Of a stretch of DNA of 64,000 bases, positions 53,190-63,695 are shown in pieces. The notes under the pieces were generated by a model. It was not told the origin of the DNA, did no database searches, and saw nothing but the letters and a program-made list of their open reading frames with translations. This DNA comes from Roseovarius sp. (GTDB taxonomy: Bacteria; Pseudomonadota; Alphaproteobacteria; Rhodobacterales; Rhodobacteraceae). The stretch lies in the NCBI GenBank assembly GCA_046290265.1, contig JBKAGF010000017.1, positions 202-64,201 of the forward strand. Direction: 5' to 3'. The position numbers and the translations under genes are program-made. How positions within the stretch are numbered: the stretch's first letter is position 1; each line of letters starts with the position of its first letter.

Positions 53190-54130
53190 ATGTTCGATGA
53201 TATTCTGAAGTCACGGTGCAAGCTGGTATGCTTGGGCGTCGGCGTTGCGGCCGGGATCATCGCGATCTACGTCGCGCTGGCGCAGGTCGGAATATTTGCG
53301 GCTCTTCTGCTGGGGCTTGCGATGGGCGTGTTCATGGCGCTGGTTGTGATGCAGATCTTCTGCAGTGGCGAAAACGCGGACCTGGGGCAGTTGGAGGCGA
53401 CGCCCGAGGCAAGCGCCGCCCCGGCGGCATCGTCGGAGGCACGCCGTCGGGCCGCAAGGCGGATGCGCCCAAGGACGGCGGTGCGCCCGCGCAGACAGCG
53501 CCGGGGCCGAACCCGCCCAAGCCCAACCCGCCAGTTGACAGCGCGCCCGAGCCGGTCCTGCCGAACAAGGCTGACCCGCGGAATGCGCCCACCGGCACGA
53601 GCGCCGCGGCGGCGGGCACCGACAAGGTCGCGATGCGGGCCGAGACGCATGCGGGCGGCAACGATGCCGCCACGGCGCAGGACCCGGCATTCGCCTCGGC
53701 CTCGACGGATGCCGAGGCGGGAGCGAAGGTGGATCCGGCGCCGGAGCCCGCGCCCAAACCGGCGAAAAAGACCAAGGCCAAGACGGCGGCGGCCAAGCCG
53801 AAGGCCAAGGCCAAGGCCGCGGACACGGGCGAAGAGAACGTGGGCACCAAGCCCGCCACCCTGGACGAACCGCGCGGCGGCAGTGCCGACAACCTGAAGG
53901 AAATCAAGGGTGTCGGGCCGAAGCTGGAAGGCGTGCTGCACGACATGGGGTTCTACCATTTCGACCAGATCGCCAACTGGACCGACCAGGAGGTGGCCTG
54001 GGTCGATGCGAACCTGATCGGCTTCAAGGGCCGGGTCAGCCGCGACAACTGGATCGACCAGGCGAAAACCCTGGCCGCGGGCGGCGAGACCGAGTTCTCG
54101 AAGCGGGTGGACAAGGGCGACGTATACTGA
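53190..54130 (+). CDS. Membrane-anchored protein carrying a copy of the NuoE C-terminal domain; frameshift near 53440
   Basis: Two N-terminal TM segments in one frame; linker and [14 protein letters not shown] domain in another. Confidence 0.8.
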
Positions 54131-54143
54131 ATGAGCGAGGCGA

Positions 54144-54356
54144 ATGAGCAAACGCGACCAAGTGCCGAAAAAGGGCCGACGCGCCGGGCTGGTGATTGCC
54201 GGAACGGGCGTGTTCTGGGTGCTTGTCACCCTGATCGGCGAGAAGGAGAGGTTCAGCACCGGGCTGCGCCTCGTCTTCGACCTAGTGGCGCTGGCGGGGT
54301 TCCTGTTCGCCTTCTGGCTCATCTATCAAATCTGGCGCGACAGCCGGGGAAACTAG
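54144..54356 (+). CDS. Small two-TM protein (DUF5337-like)
   Basis: LVIAGTG.FW, R..FDL.ALAGF; usual position before nuoF. Confidence 0.78.
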   Translation: MSKRDQVPKKGRRAGLVIAGTGVFWVLVTLIGEKERFSTGLRLVFDLVALAGFLFAFWLIYQIWRDSRGN

Positions 54357-54366
54357 GGGTTATCTG

Positions 54367-55655
54367 ATGCTGGACGATCAGGATCGTATCTTTACCAATC
54401 TCTACGGGATGCACGACCGCAGCCTGAAGGGCGCGCAGGCGCGTGGCCACTGGGACGGCACCAAGACCATCCTGGAGAACGGGCGCGAGTGGATCATCGA
54501 GCAGATGAAGGCCAGCGGGCTGCGCGGTCGGGGCGGTGCGGGCTTTCCCACCGGGCTCAAGTGGTCGTTCATGCCCAAGGAGAGCGACGGGCGGCCCGCC
54601 TACCTGGTGGTCAATGCCGACGAATCCGAGCCGGGCACCTGCAAGGACCGCGAGATCATGCGCCACGATCCGCATACGCTGATCGAGGGGTGCCTGATCG
54701 CCAGCTACGCGATGCAGGCGCATGCGTGCTATATCTATATCCGCGGTGAATATATCCGCGAGCGCGAGGCCTTGCAGGCGGCCATCGACGAGGCCTACGA
54801 GGCCGGGCTGATCGGCAGGAACGCCTGCAAGTCGGGCTATGATTTCGACCTGTACCTGGCGCATGGCGCGGGGGCGTATATCTGCGGCGAGGAAACCGCG
54901 CTGCTGGAAAGCCTGGAAGGCAAGAAGGGGATGCCCCGGATGAAGCCGCCGTTTCCTGCGGGCGCGGGCCTTTATGGCTGCCCCACGACGGTGAACAACG
55001 TCGAGAGCATCGCGGTGGTGCCGACGATCCTGCGGCGGGGCGCGGACTGGTTCGCCGGGTTCGGGCGGCCCAACAACGCGGGCACCAAGATCTTTGCCGT
55101 GTCGGGCCACGTGAACAACCCGTGCGTGGTCGAGGACGCGATGTCGATCAGCTTTGAAGAGTTGATCGACAAGCATTGCGGCGGCATTCGCGGTGGCTGG
55201 GACAACCTGAAGGCGGTCATTCCCGGCGGCTCGTCAGTGCCGTGCGTGCGCTGGAGAACATGAAGACGCGATCATGGATTTCGACGCGCTGCGCGAGGTC
55301 GGATCGAGCCTGGGCACGGCGGCGGTGATCGTGATGGACCAGAGCACGGACATCATCAAGGCGATCTGGCGGCTGTCGAAATTCTACAAGCACGAAAGCT
55401 GTGGGCAATGCCGCCGGCAGCAGCACGGGCTGGATGATGCGGGTGATGGACCGGCTGGTGAAGGGCGAGGCGGAGGTCGAGGAGATCGACATGCTGTTCG
55501 ACGTCACCAAGCAGGTCGAGGGGCACACGATCTGTGCCCTGGGCGACGCGGCGGCCTGGCCGATCCAGGGTCTGATCCGCAACTTCCGTGACGAGATCGA
55601 GGACCGGATCAAGGCGCAGCGCACCGGCAAGGTGTCTGCGGTGGCGGCGGAGTAA
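54367..55655 (+). CDS. nuoF: Complex I subunit F, frameshifted at ~55250-55275 and ~55405-55435
   Basis: [33 protein letters not shown]; HESCGQC and GHTICALG in shifted frames. Confidence 0.96.
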
Positions 55656-55663
55656 AGGAACAG

Positions 55664-56161
55664 ATGCCCGGCACACCTCACCTTGCCCAGCTGAACGTCG
55701 GCCGCCTTGTCGCGCCCACCGATGACCCGCGCGTGGCGGAGTTCATGGGCGCGCTCGACCGTGTGAACGGGCTGGGCAAGCGGATGCCGGGATTCGTGTG
55801 GATGATGGAAGGCTCGGGCGAGCCGGGTACGGGCAACACCGGGAACAATATCGGTGACGATCCGCAATTCGTGGCCAACCTGACCGTCTGGGAAGACGTG
55901 AAGAGCCTGGAGAATTTCGTCTGGAACACCGTGCACCGGCAGTTCTATGAACGCCGGGCCGAATGGTTCGAGGTGATGGGCGACATGCATTTCGTCATGT
56001 GGTGGGTGCCGCAGGGGCATCGCCCGTCACTGGACGAGGCGCTGGCGCGGCTGGAGCACCTCAGGGCGGAGGGTGACAGCGATCATGCCTTTGGCTGGTC
56101 GTACCTGAAAGAAGCCAGCCTATGGAAAAGTCGGGGCTGCGCGCCAGTGGCGGCGGAGTAG
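55664..56161 (+). CDS. DUF3291-family protein
   Basis: HLAQLN, PGFVW, NLTVWE, VWNTVH, WF, MWWVP.GH.P. Confidence 0.85.
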   Translation: MPGTPHLAQLNVGRLVAPTDDPRVAEFMGALDRVNGLGKRMPGFVWMMEGSGEPGTGNTGNNIGDDPQFVANLTVWEDVKSLENFVWNTVHRQFYERRAEWFEVMGDMHFVMWWVPQGHRPSLDEALARLEHLRAEGDSDHAFGWSYLKEASLWKSRGCAPVAAE

Positions 56162-56177
56162 GGAAGGGCCGGGAAAC

Positions 56178-56546
56178 GTGAACGAAGTGATGACGAAGAC
56201 GATCGGCAGGGGCGCGCGGGCGCTCGTTCTGGCCTTGCTGGCCGGGGCGGTGATGGCCGGGTGTACCAAGACCTCGGAGCGGGTGACGTTCAACGGGGTC
56301 TATTACAAGGCCAAGGCGAAAGCCGTGTCGCGCAATGACCGCGAGCGGTTCATCGTGACCGTGCCGCGCGTCAACCGGGGGTATGACGGCGCGCTGGCGG
56401 CGGGCAATTACGAAGGCAAGCGGTACTGCGTGGCAAACTACGGCACCTCCGAGATCGCCTGGAGCCGCCCGCCCAGCGGCGCACGCGGCACCATCCCGGT
56501 GAAGAACAACAAGATGACCTTCGCGGGGAGATGCGTTCTTTGGTAA
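56178..56546 (+). CDS. Lipoprotein, hypothetical
   Basis: Lipobox MAGC; YEG.RYC..YGTS motif; terminal Cys. Confidence 0.8.
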   Translation: MNEVMTKTIGRGARALVLALLAGAVMAGCTKTSERVTFNGVYYKAKAKAVSRNDRERFIVTVPRVNRGYDGALAAGNYEGKRYCVANYGTSEIAWSRPPSGARGTIPVKNNKMTFAGRCVLW

Positions 56547-56560
56547 ATCCTGCTTTCATA

Positions 56561-56652
56561 TCAGGGGCATGGGTGGGCTGCTATTGCATAACAGCGGCCC
56601 CCGCGACCATCTGCGACGCAGATGGTGCCACGGATGGTCCGTGCGCCCCTGA
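56561..56652 (+). other. 92-nt four-way-junction hairpin element
   Basis: Closing stem tcaggggc/gcccctga enclosing three hairpins, including perfect accatctgc/gcagatggt and cacgga/tccgtg. Confidence 0.6.
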
Positions 56653-56673
56653 AGGTGTGAAAGGACAACACGC

Positions 56674-57087
56674 ATGACACTTCGAGCGATGAAACCCCTT
56701 GGACTGGTTCTTGGCGCGGCGCTGACGCTGACGGCGATGCCCGCGCAGGCGGCGCTGAAGGACGAGGCGGCGATCAACCAGGGTCTGCTGAACCTGGCGG
56801 CGGCCGACAAGATCCGCCGCGAGTGCAGCAGCATCGGCGGGCGCCTGTTCCGCGCGCAATCCTATGCCAACGCCCTGAAGAAGGCGGCGGCGGAGCGCGG
56901 CTACAGCGAGGCCGAAATCGACGCGTATATCAACAACGACGCCAACAAGGCGGCCATGCGCGAGCGGCGCAACGCGTATTTCAAATCGAAAGGGGCCAGC
57001 AACCTTGACCCCGCCAGCCTGTGTGTTCTGGGCCAGGCCGAAATGGCCAGCGGCAGCCAGATCGGGCAGCTACTGAGAGCAAAGTGA
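56674..57087 (+). CDS. DUF5333-family secreted protein
   Basis: Signal peptide AQA, AD.IR..C..I..R, LC.LG.AE......G.LLR. Confidence 0.82.
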   Translation: MTLRAMKPLGLVLGAALTLTAMPAQAALKDEAAINQGLLNLAAADKIRRECSSIGGRLFRAQSYANALKKAAAERGYSEAEIDAYINNDANKAAMRERRNAYFKSKGASNLDPASLCVLGQAEMASGSQIGQLLRAK

Positions 57088-57093
57088 GAACGA

Positions 57094-59103
57094 ATGTCTG
57101 ACCTTCGCAAAATCATCATCGACGATCACGAAGTGGAAGTGGACGGGGCGATGACCCTGATCCAGGCCTGCGAGCAGGTGGGGATCGAGATCCCGCGGTT
57201 CTGCTACCACGAGCGGCTGTCGATCGCCGGCAATTGCCGGATGTGTCTTGTGGAGGTCGTCGGTGGACCCCCCAAGCCGGCCGCGAGCTGCGCCATGCAG
57301 GTGCGCGACTTGCGGCCCGGCCCCGAGGGCCAGCCGCCGGTCGTGCGCACCAACAGCCCGATGGTCAAGAAAGCCCGCGAAGGCGTGATGGAATTCCTGC
57401 TGATCAACCACCCGCTGGACTGCCCGATCTGTGACCAGGGCGGCGAGTGCGATTTGCAGGACCAGGCAATGGCTTATGGCGTGGACTTCAGCCGCTACCG
57501 CGAGCCCAAGCGCGCGACCGAGGACCTGAACCTGGGCCCGCTGGTGGAAACCCACATGACGCGCTGCATTTCCTGCACCCGCTGCGTGCGCTTCACCACC
57601 GAGGTGGCGGGGATCAACCAGATGGGCCAGACCGGCCGGGGCGAGGATGCCGAGATCACCGCCTATCTGGGCGAGACGCTGGACAGCAACATGCAGGGCA
57701 ACATCATCGACCTGTGCCCGGTGGGGGCGCTGGTTTCCAAGCCCTACGCCTTCACGGCCCGTCCGTGGGAACTGACCAAGACGGAAACCATCGACGTGAT
57801 GGATGCGCTGGGGTCGTCGAGCCGGATCGCCACGAAGGGGCGCGAAGTGATGCGCATCCTGCCGCGCAACCATGACGGCGTGAACGAGGAATGGATTTCC
57901 GACAAGACACGCTTTGTCTGGGACGGGCTGCGCCGGCAACGGCTGGACAGGCCATATATTCGCGAGAACGGCAAGCTGCGCCCGGCCACCTGGCCCGAGG
58001 CGTTGGGCAAGGCCGCCGAGGCGATGAAGGGCAAGACGGTGGCGGGCCTGGTGGGCGACCTGGCCCCGATGGAGGCGGCGTTCGCGCTGAAACAACTGGT
58101 CGAAGGCCAGGGCGGACGCGTGGAATGCCGCACCGATGGTGCGCATCTGGTGGCGGGCAACCGCTCGGCCTATGTGGGCACGGCGCGCATCGAGGAGATC
58201 GACACGGCCAAGAAGATCGTGCTGATCGGCACCGACCCGGGCAACGAGTCGCCCGTGCTGAACGCGCGTATCCGCAAGGCGTGGCTGCGCGGCGCGGAGG
58301 TGACCCATGCGGGGCAACCGGCCGAACTGACCTATGACGTGACCGAGATGGGCGCGCGCAACCGCGGCCTGACGCAGCTTCTGTCGAGTGCCGAGGCGAC
58401 CGACGATGCGATCGTCATCGTCGGGCAGGGCGCGCTGATGGGCGACGGCGGGCCCGCCGCGCTGAGCACGGCCATGCAACTGACCGAGAAGCTGGGCGGC
58501 AAGATGCTGGTGCTGCACACAGCCGCGTCCCGCGTGGGGGCGATGGATGCCGGATGTGTGACCGAGGGCGGTGTCGCGGCGGCGCTGGAGGGTGCCGAGG
58601 TGGTCTATAACCTTGGTGCCGACGAGATCGAGATCGCGGAGGGGCCGCTGGTGATCTACCAGGGCAGCCATGGCGACCGGGGCGCGCATCGCGCCGACAT
58701 CATCCTGCCCGCGGCCGCCTATCCCGAGGAGCAGGGCGTTTTCGTGAACACCGAAGGCCGCCCGCAACTGGCGCTGCGCGCAAGCCATCCGCCGGGCGAG
58801 GCCAAGGAGAACTGGGCGATCCTGCGGGCGCTGTCGGGCGAGCTGGGCGCGGTGCTGCCGTTCGACAGCCTGGCGCAGCTGCGCCGCGTTCTGATCGAGG
58901 AGGTGCCGCATGTGGCGCAGATCGACGCGGTGCCGCAGAACGAGTGGACCATGGTCGACAGGGTCGAGGTTGCGGCAGGTTCGATCGGTGCGGCGCTGGG
59001 GGACCATTACCTGACCAACCCGATCGCCCGCGCCAGCGCGCTGATGGCGGAACTGAGCGCCAATGCAAAGGCCCGCCGCGAACAGCCCGTGGCGGCGGAA
59101 TGA
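57094..59103 (+). CDS. nuoG: Complex I subunit G
   Basis: [40 protein letters not shown]. Confidence 0.98.
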   Translation: MSDLRKIIIDDHEVEVDGAMTLIQACEQVGIEIPRFCYHERLSIAGNCRMCLVEVVGGPPKPAASCAMQVRDLRPGPEGQPPVVRTNSPMVKKAREGVMEFLLINHPLDCPICDQGGECDLQDQAMAYGVDFSRYREPKRATEDLNLGPLVETHMTRCISCTRCVRFTTEVAGINQMGQTGRGEDAEITAYLGETLDSNMQGNIIDLCPVGALVSKPYAFTARPWELTKTETIDVMDALGSSSRIATKGREVMRILPRNHDGVNEEWISDKTRFVWDGLRRQRLDRPYIRENGKLRPATWPEALGKAAEAMKGKTVAGLVGDLAPMEAAFALKQLVEGQGGRVECRTDGAHLVAGNRSAYVGTARIEEIDTAKKIVLIGTDPGNESPVLNARIRKAWLRGAEVTHAGQPAELTYDVTEMGARNRGLTQLLSSAEATDDAIVIVGQGALMGDGGPAALSTAMQLTEKLGGKMLVLHTAASRVGAMDAGCVTEGGVAAALEGAEVVYNLGADEIEIAEGPLVIYQGSHGDRGAHRADIILPAAAYPEEQGVFVNTEGRPQLALRASHPPGEAKENWAILRALSGELGAVLPFDSLAQLRRVLIEEVPHVAQIDAVPQNEWTMVDRVEVAAGSIGAALGDHYLTNPIARASALMAELSANAKARREQPVAAE

Positions 59104-59507
59104 CACAGGCCGCCCTGGGCATATGGGCGCTGTCGGTGACGGCTTGCGCGGGCCTTGCGGCCTGCGCTGCGCCGACACCGGACCCCGAGGCGCCGTTCAC
59201 CCCCGAATACCGGGGGATCGAGACGCGCCTGCTGGACGGCGACCTGGTGAATTTTCATGTCGCGATGACCGGCGCGCGCAGCGCCGAGGACGTGACGCGC
59301 TATGCCGAATGCGCGGCGGCGGAGTACACGCTGATCCGGGGATACGGATTTGCACGCCACGTACGCACGAATGTGGCCGAAGAGGGTGGCATCTGGACCG
59401 CAGATGCGGTTTATACCATCTCGCCGACGCTGCCCGGTGGCATCATAAAGATCGACGCGGAAGTCGTGGCCGCCGACTGTGCGGAAAACGGGATACCGAC
59501 GGTATGA
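59100..59507 (+). CDS. Lipoprotein, hypothetical
   Basis: Lipobox LAAC; ATGA overlap with nuoG. Confidence 0.8.
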   Translation: MTQAALGIWALSVTACAGLAACAAPTPDPEAPFTPEYRGIETRLLDGDLVNFHVAMTGARSAEDVTRYAECAAAEYTLIRGYGFARHVRTNVAEEGGIWTADAVYTISPTLPGGIIKIDAEVVAADCAENGIPTV

Positions 59508-59514
59508 GGGACGA

Positions 59515-60505
59515 ATGGCTGAATTTCTGACAACCCTTTCGGGATCTTTGTCCTGATCGTGGCGCAATCCCTTGCGGTGGTGGGCTTCGTGATGATCTCG
59601 CTGTGTTCTTTATGGCGACCGCAAGATCTGGGCCGCGTGCAGATGCGGGCCGAACGTGGTGGGTCTATGGCCTGTTGCAGACGGTGGCCGACGCTGAAAT
59701 ACGTGTCAAGGAAGTGTGGTGCCGCGAGCGGACCGCACCGTGTTCATGATGGCGCCGATGGCCAGTTTCGTGCTGGCGGTGTTGGCCTGGGCGGTGATTC
59801 GCTGAATGACGGCTGGTCCGGTCATCAATGTGCGGTTCTTTGTCTTTGCGGTGTCGTCGCTGGAAGTGTACGGCGTCTGGGGCTGGGCCTCGAACTCGAA
59901 GTTCCGTTTTGGGGTCGCTGCGCTCGGGTCAGATGATTTCCTACGAGGTCAGCATCGGCTGATCATCATCGGGGTGATCATCTCGACCGGGTCGCTGAAT
60001 TTCGGGTCGATCGTGGCGGCGCACACCAAGTTCGGCTTCTTCGGCTGGTACTGGCTGCCCACCTGCCGATGGTGTTTTGTTCTTCATCTCGTGCCTGGCG
60101 GAACGAACCCGCCCGCCCTTCGACCTGCCGGAAGCGGAATCGGAACTGGTGGCGGGCTACCAGGTGGAATATTCCTCGACGCCCTTCCTGCTGTTCATGG
60201 CCGGGGAATACATCGCGATCTTCCTGATGTGCGCGCTGACCAGCCTGCTGTTCTTCGGCGGATGGCTGTCGCCCATTCCGGGGCTGCCCGATGGCGTGTT
60301 CTGGATGGTCGCGAAGATGGCGTTCTTCTTCTTCCTCTTCGCCATGGTGAAGGCGATCACGCCGCGCTACCGCTATGACCAGCTGATGCGGATCGGCTGG
60401 AAGGTGTTCCTGCCGCTGAGCCTGGGTTGGGTGGTGATCGTGGCGTTCCTGGCGAAATTCGAAGTCTTCGGGTCGTTCTGGGCCCGCTACGCAATGGGAG
60501 GCTGA
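59515..60505 (+). CDS. nuoH: Complex I subunit H, many small deletions over 59520-60110
   Basis: Intact C-terminus [31 protein letters not shown]; N-terminal motifs recoverable only by frame-hopping. Confidence 0.93.
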
Positions 60506-60510
60506 CGACC

Positions 60511-61005
60511 ATGACGCAGATCGATTACGGACGCGCGGCAGGGTATTTCCTGCTGAAGGATGTCTTCAACGGCTTCAAGCTGGGGTTCAAATACTTCTTT
60601 GCCCCCAAGGCGACGCTGAACTACCCGCACGAGAAGGGCCCGTTGAGCCCGCGGTTCCGGGGGGAGCACGCGCTGCGGCGCTATCCCAATGGCGAGGAGC
60701 GCTGCATTGCCTGCAAGCTGTGCGAGGCGATTTGCCCCGCGCAGGCGATCACCATCGACGCCGAGCCGCGCGACGATGGCAGCCGCCGCACGACGCGGTA
60801 CGACATCGACATGACCAAGTGCATCTATTGCGGGTTCTGCCAGGAGGCCTGCCCGGTGGATGCCATCGTCGAGGGGCCGAATTTCGAGTTCGCCACCGAG
60901 ACCCGCGAAGAGCTGTTCTATGACAAGCAGAAACTGCTGGAGAACGGCGAGCGGTGGGAAGCCGAGATCGCCCGCAACCTGGAAATGGACGCGCCCTACA
61001 GATGA
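60511..61005 (+). CDS. nuoI: Complex I subunit I
   Basis: [12 protein letters not shown] and [12 protein letters not shown]. Confidence 0.99.
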   Translation: MTQIDYGRAAGYFLLKDVFNGFKLGFKYFFAPKATLNYPHEKGPLSPRFRGEHALRRYPNGEERCIACKLCEAICPAQAITIDAEPRDDGSRRTTRYDIDMTKCIYCGFCQEACPVDAIVEGPNFEFATETREELFYDKQKLLENGERWEAEIARNLEMDAPYR

Positions 61006-61415
61006 GCACCCCCACGAACCCGTTCGAGGCCATGATGGCGCAGGCGCAGGAGATGGTGAAAACCATGAATCCGGCGCTGGAGTCGTTCTCGCCCAAGGGG
61101 TTCGAGGCGATGTGGCCGACCATGCCGAAGGAATTCATGGAGATGATGTTCGGCCGCGGCATCAGCAAGGACGGGCTGGATGCCAAGACGCGCCTGCTGA
61201 TCACGCTTGCGGGGTTGACCATGCTGGGCGCGCAGAGCGATACGCAGATCAGGATGACCGTGCGCCACGCGCTGGAGGCGGGCGCCACGAAAGACGAGAT
61301 TGCCGAGACCATCGCGATGATGGCGATGTTCGCCGGTATCCCGTCCATGAACCGGGCGATGGAGTTCGCCCGCGAGGTCATGGACGAGGCCAAAGACGAG
61401 GACAGTGAGACATGA
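61002..61415 (+). CDS. Carboxymuconolactone decarboxylase (CMD/AhpD-like) family protein
   Basis: [31 protein letters not shown]. Confidence 0.85.
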   Translation: MSTPTNPFEAMMAQAQEMVKTMNPALESFSPKGFEAMWPTMPKEFMEMMFGRGISKDGLDAKTRLLITLAGLTMLGAQSDTQIRMTVRHALEAGATKDEIAETIAMMAMFAGIPSMNRAMEFAREVMDEAKDEDSET

Positions 61416-62020
61416 CCATCGCCGCGTTTTCATTCTATCTTTTTGCGGTCTCGCTGCTGGCCGGGGGGCTGTTCACGGTGGTCAGCCGGAACCCGGTGCA
61501 CTCGGTGCTGTGGCTGATCCTCGCGTTTTTGTCCGCGGCGGGGCTGTTCGTGCTCTTGGGCGCGGAGTTCGTGGCGATGCTCTTGATCATCGTCTACGTG
61601 GGTGCGGTCGCCGTGCTGTTCCTGTTCGTGGTGATGATGCTGGACGTGGATTTCGCCGAGCTGAAGGCGGAGATGGCGAAATACATGCCGCTGGCGCTCT
61701 TGATCGGGGTCATATTGCTGATGCAGTTCGGCATCGCCTTCGGAAACTGGCAGATGGCCACGGGTGCCGAGGGCGCGCGCGGCGCCGTCACACCCACGGA
61801 CCTGGAGAACACCAAGGCGCTGGGGATGCTGCTTTATGACAAGTATTTCCTGCTGTTCCAGCTTGCGGGGCTGATCCTGCTGGTGGCGATGATGGGCGCG
61901 ATCGTGCTGACCCTGCGGCATCGCTCGGACGTCAAGAGGCAGGACGTGCTGGCGCAGATGTACCGCGATCCGGCCAAGGCGATGGAACTGAAAGATGTGA
62001 AACCGGGGCAGGGGCTGTGA
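61412..62020 (+). CDS. nuoJ: Complex I subunit J
   Basis: [33 protein letters not shown]. Confidence 0.98.
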   Translation: MTIAAFSFYLFAVSLLAGGLFTVVSRNPVHSVLWLILAFLSAAGLFVLLGAEFVAMLLIIVYVGAVAVLFLFVVMMLDVDFAELKAEMAKYMPLALLIGVILLMQFGIAFGNWQMATGAEGARGAVTPTDLENTKALGMLLYDKYFLLFQLAGLILLVAMMGAIVLTLRHRSDVKRQDVLAQMYRDPAKAMELKDVKPGQGL

Positions 62021-62604
62021 GGCTTGGGTTTCACATATCGTTTTTGGCGCTGGCCTTTTCGCCGACATTCGTCTTTGGCAGTGACGCGATGATGGTGCCG
62101 ATGGATGAGCTCTATGGTGGCGACTTCAGCGAATTTCGGACGCCTGCGGAGAGCACCCCTGCCTGCAAGGCGGCGCGGGAGCTTCAAGACCGAAGTCGGG
62201 ATGAAACGATCCTGTTCATCTACGGGGCGGATCAATTCTTCGCCTTTCCGGATACAGGAGGATTTTCCGCGTTTCTTTGGGACCTGCCGGCAAAACCGGG
62301 CGACACCATCGACATGAATCTTGTCGACTGTGCGCGAGGACACCTGAAAAGGGCCAGCACCGGGACCGCCGATGCCTTCGCCGCGAGTCTCAAGCAGCAA
62401 GTCGCCAAGGGTGTTTCCGCGAAGGGTGAAGACTACGATTTCCGGACCGAAACTGCGTTTCTTCAATCTCAATACGAACGCATCATTGCAAATACGGAAA
62501 CAGGGCAAGCTGCGGCGCTCGATGATCGTTATTCCTGTGCGTGCGCTGCAATGGGATCAGAGGCTTTTAAGGATCTCCTCGAACGGATGGGAGATGAGCA
62601 ATGA
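62017..62604 (+). CDS. Secreted 4-Cys protein A, foreign-looking composition
   Basis: GTGA overlap with nuoJ stop; signal peptide; C..DCARG..CAC pattern. Confidence 0.72.
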   Translation: MRLGFHISFLALAFSPTFVFGSDAMMVPMDELYGGDFSEFRTPAESTPACKAARELQDRSRDETILFIYGADQFFAFPDTGGFSAFLWDLPAKPGDTIDMNLVDCARGHLKRASTGTADAFAASLKQQVAKGVSAKGEDYDFRTETAFLQSQYERIIANTETGQAAALDDRYSCACAAMGSEAFKDLLERMGDEQ

Positions 62605-62836
62605 GTTCGCCTGCAACCACTGTTAAGTCTCCACTGAAATCCGTCATCATAGGTCTGGTGCTTGCGAGCATGGTCGGCGTGATGGCGCTGGGGCAAGACG
62701 TGCCCGGGCATCCCAACGGGCCGGGCTTTGAAGGGTTGCCGGTGCCGGGGGTCGCGTATCTTTATTGGCATGAACAGACGTTCCTGTTGTGTGAAAATCT
62801 GTTTTACCTTTCAAATGGGTGTCTCTCGTTTTTCCG

Positions 62837-63334
62837 ATGATCACGCAAACCACATATGCGCTGGCCTTTGGGCTGGCCGTGACCGGCGCCGGGGTCTCGG
62901 CGCTGACGCCTGCGCCGGTATGTGATGGCGGGGAGCGCGGGATGCTGGTTTACGGGGCGCAGGCCTTTGGGGATGGCGACAGCGGGTTGGTGATCGAGAC
63001 CTACCGCAACCTCGACACCGCCGATGGCCGGATTGCCGCCGCGGACGGGCCGGTGCCGGAGCTGAACGATTTCAACGGCTTTCGGGTGACCGACTGCCGG
63101 TCGGGGCGCAGCGTGGCGGTGCATGGCATCGGCGCGGGCGAGGGCGAGGCACAGATGACCGCGACCGAGTTCCTGCGCGGCGACGTGCAGGCGGGCCGGA
63201 CGCTGAGCCTGAAAAACGTGGAGCGCGCGGCCAGGGCGCTTTACGGCAAGGACGGATATGCGCGGGTCCTGATCCTGCGCTCGAAGAACGAGACATGCGC
63301 CTGCCGGGAGATCTATCCCGGCGCGTGGAACTAA
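62837..63334 (+). CDS. Secreted 4-Cys protein B
   Basis: Signal peptide; C..DCRSG..TCAC pattern; host-like codons. Confidence 0.8.
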   Translation: MITQTTYALAFGLAVTGAGVSALTPAPVCDGGERGMLVYGAQAFGDGDSGLVIETYRNLDTADGRIAAADGPVPELNDFNGFRVTDCRSGRSVAVHGIGAGEGEAQMTATEFLRGDVQAGRTLSLKNVERAARALYGKDGYARVLILRSKNETCACREIYPGAWN

Positions 63335-63385
63335 GAAGGCGACCGGGGTGCGAACGGGCCCCCGAGACAAGGACCGAGGGACGAC

Positions 63386-63691
63386 ATGATTGGACTGGAG
63401 CATTACCTGACGGTGGCGGCGGCGCTGTTCGTCATCGGGATTTTCGGGCTTTTCCTGAACAGGAAGAACGTGATCATCCTGTTGATGTCGATCGAGCTGA
63501 TGCTCTTGGCGGTCAACGTGAACCTCGTGGCATTTTCCAGTTTCCTGGGCGACATGGTGGGACAGGTCTTTACCCTGTTCGTGCTGACCGTGGCTGCCGC
63601 CGAGGCCGCCATCGGGCTTGCCATCCTGGTCTGCTTCTTCCGCAACCGCGGCACGATCGCCGTGGAAGACGTCAACGTGATGAAGGGTTGA
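63386..63691 (+). CDS. nuoK: Complex I subunit K
   Basis: [25 protein letters not shown]. Confidence 0.98.
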   Translation: MIGLEHYLTVAAALFVIGIFGLFLNRKNVIILLMSIELMLLAVNVNLVAFSSFLGDMVGQVFTLFVLTVAAAEAAIGLAILVCFFRNRGTIAVEDVNVMKG

Positions 63692-63695
63692 GGGC

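Noticed and set aside
56561-56652. The cloverleaf-like element as a tRNA gene
   Set aside because: No T-loop GTTC, no D-loop GG consensus, 3-nt loops and no CCA end.
62601-62840. 79-aa ORF between the two 4-Cys genes, and a possible duplicated nuoJ tail at ~62695-62740
   Set aside because: No convincing RBS or family features; similarity to KDVKPGQGL* is too weak to call a murC-style duplication.
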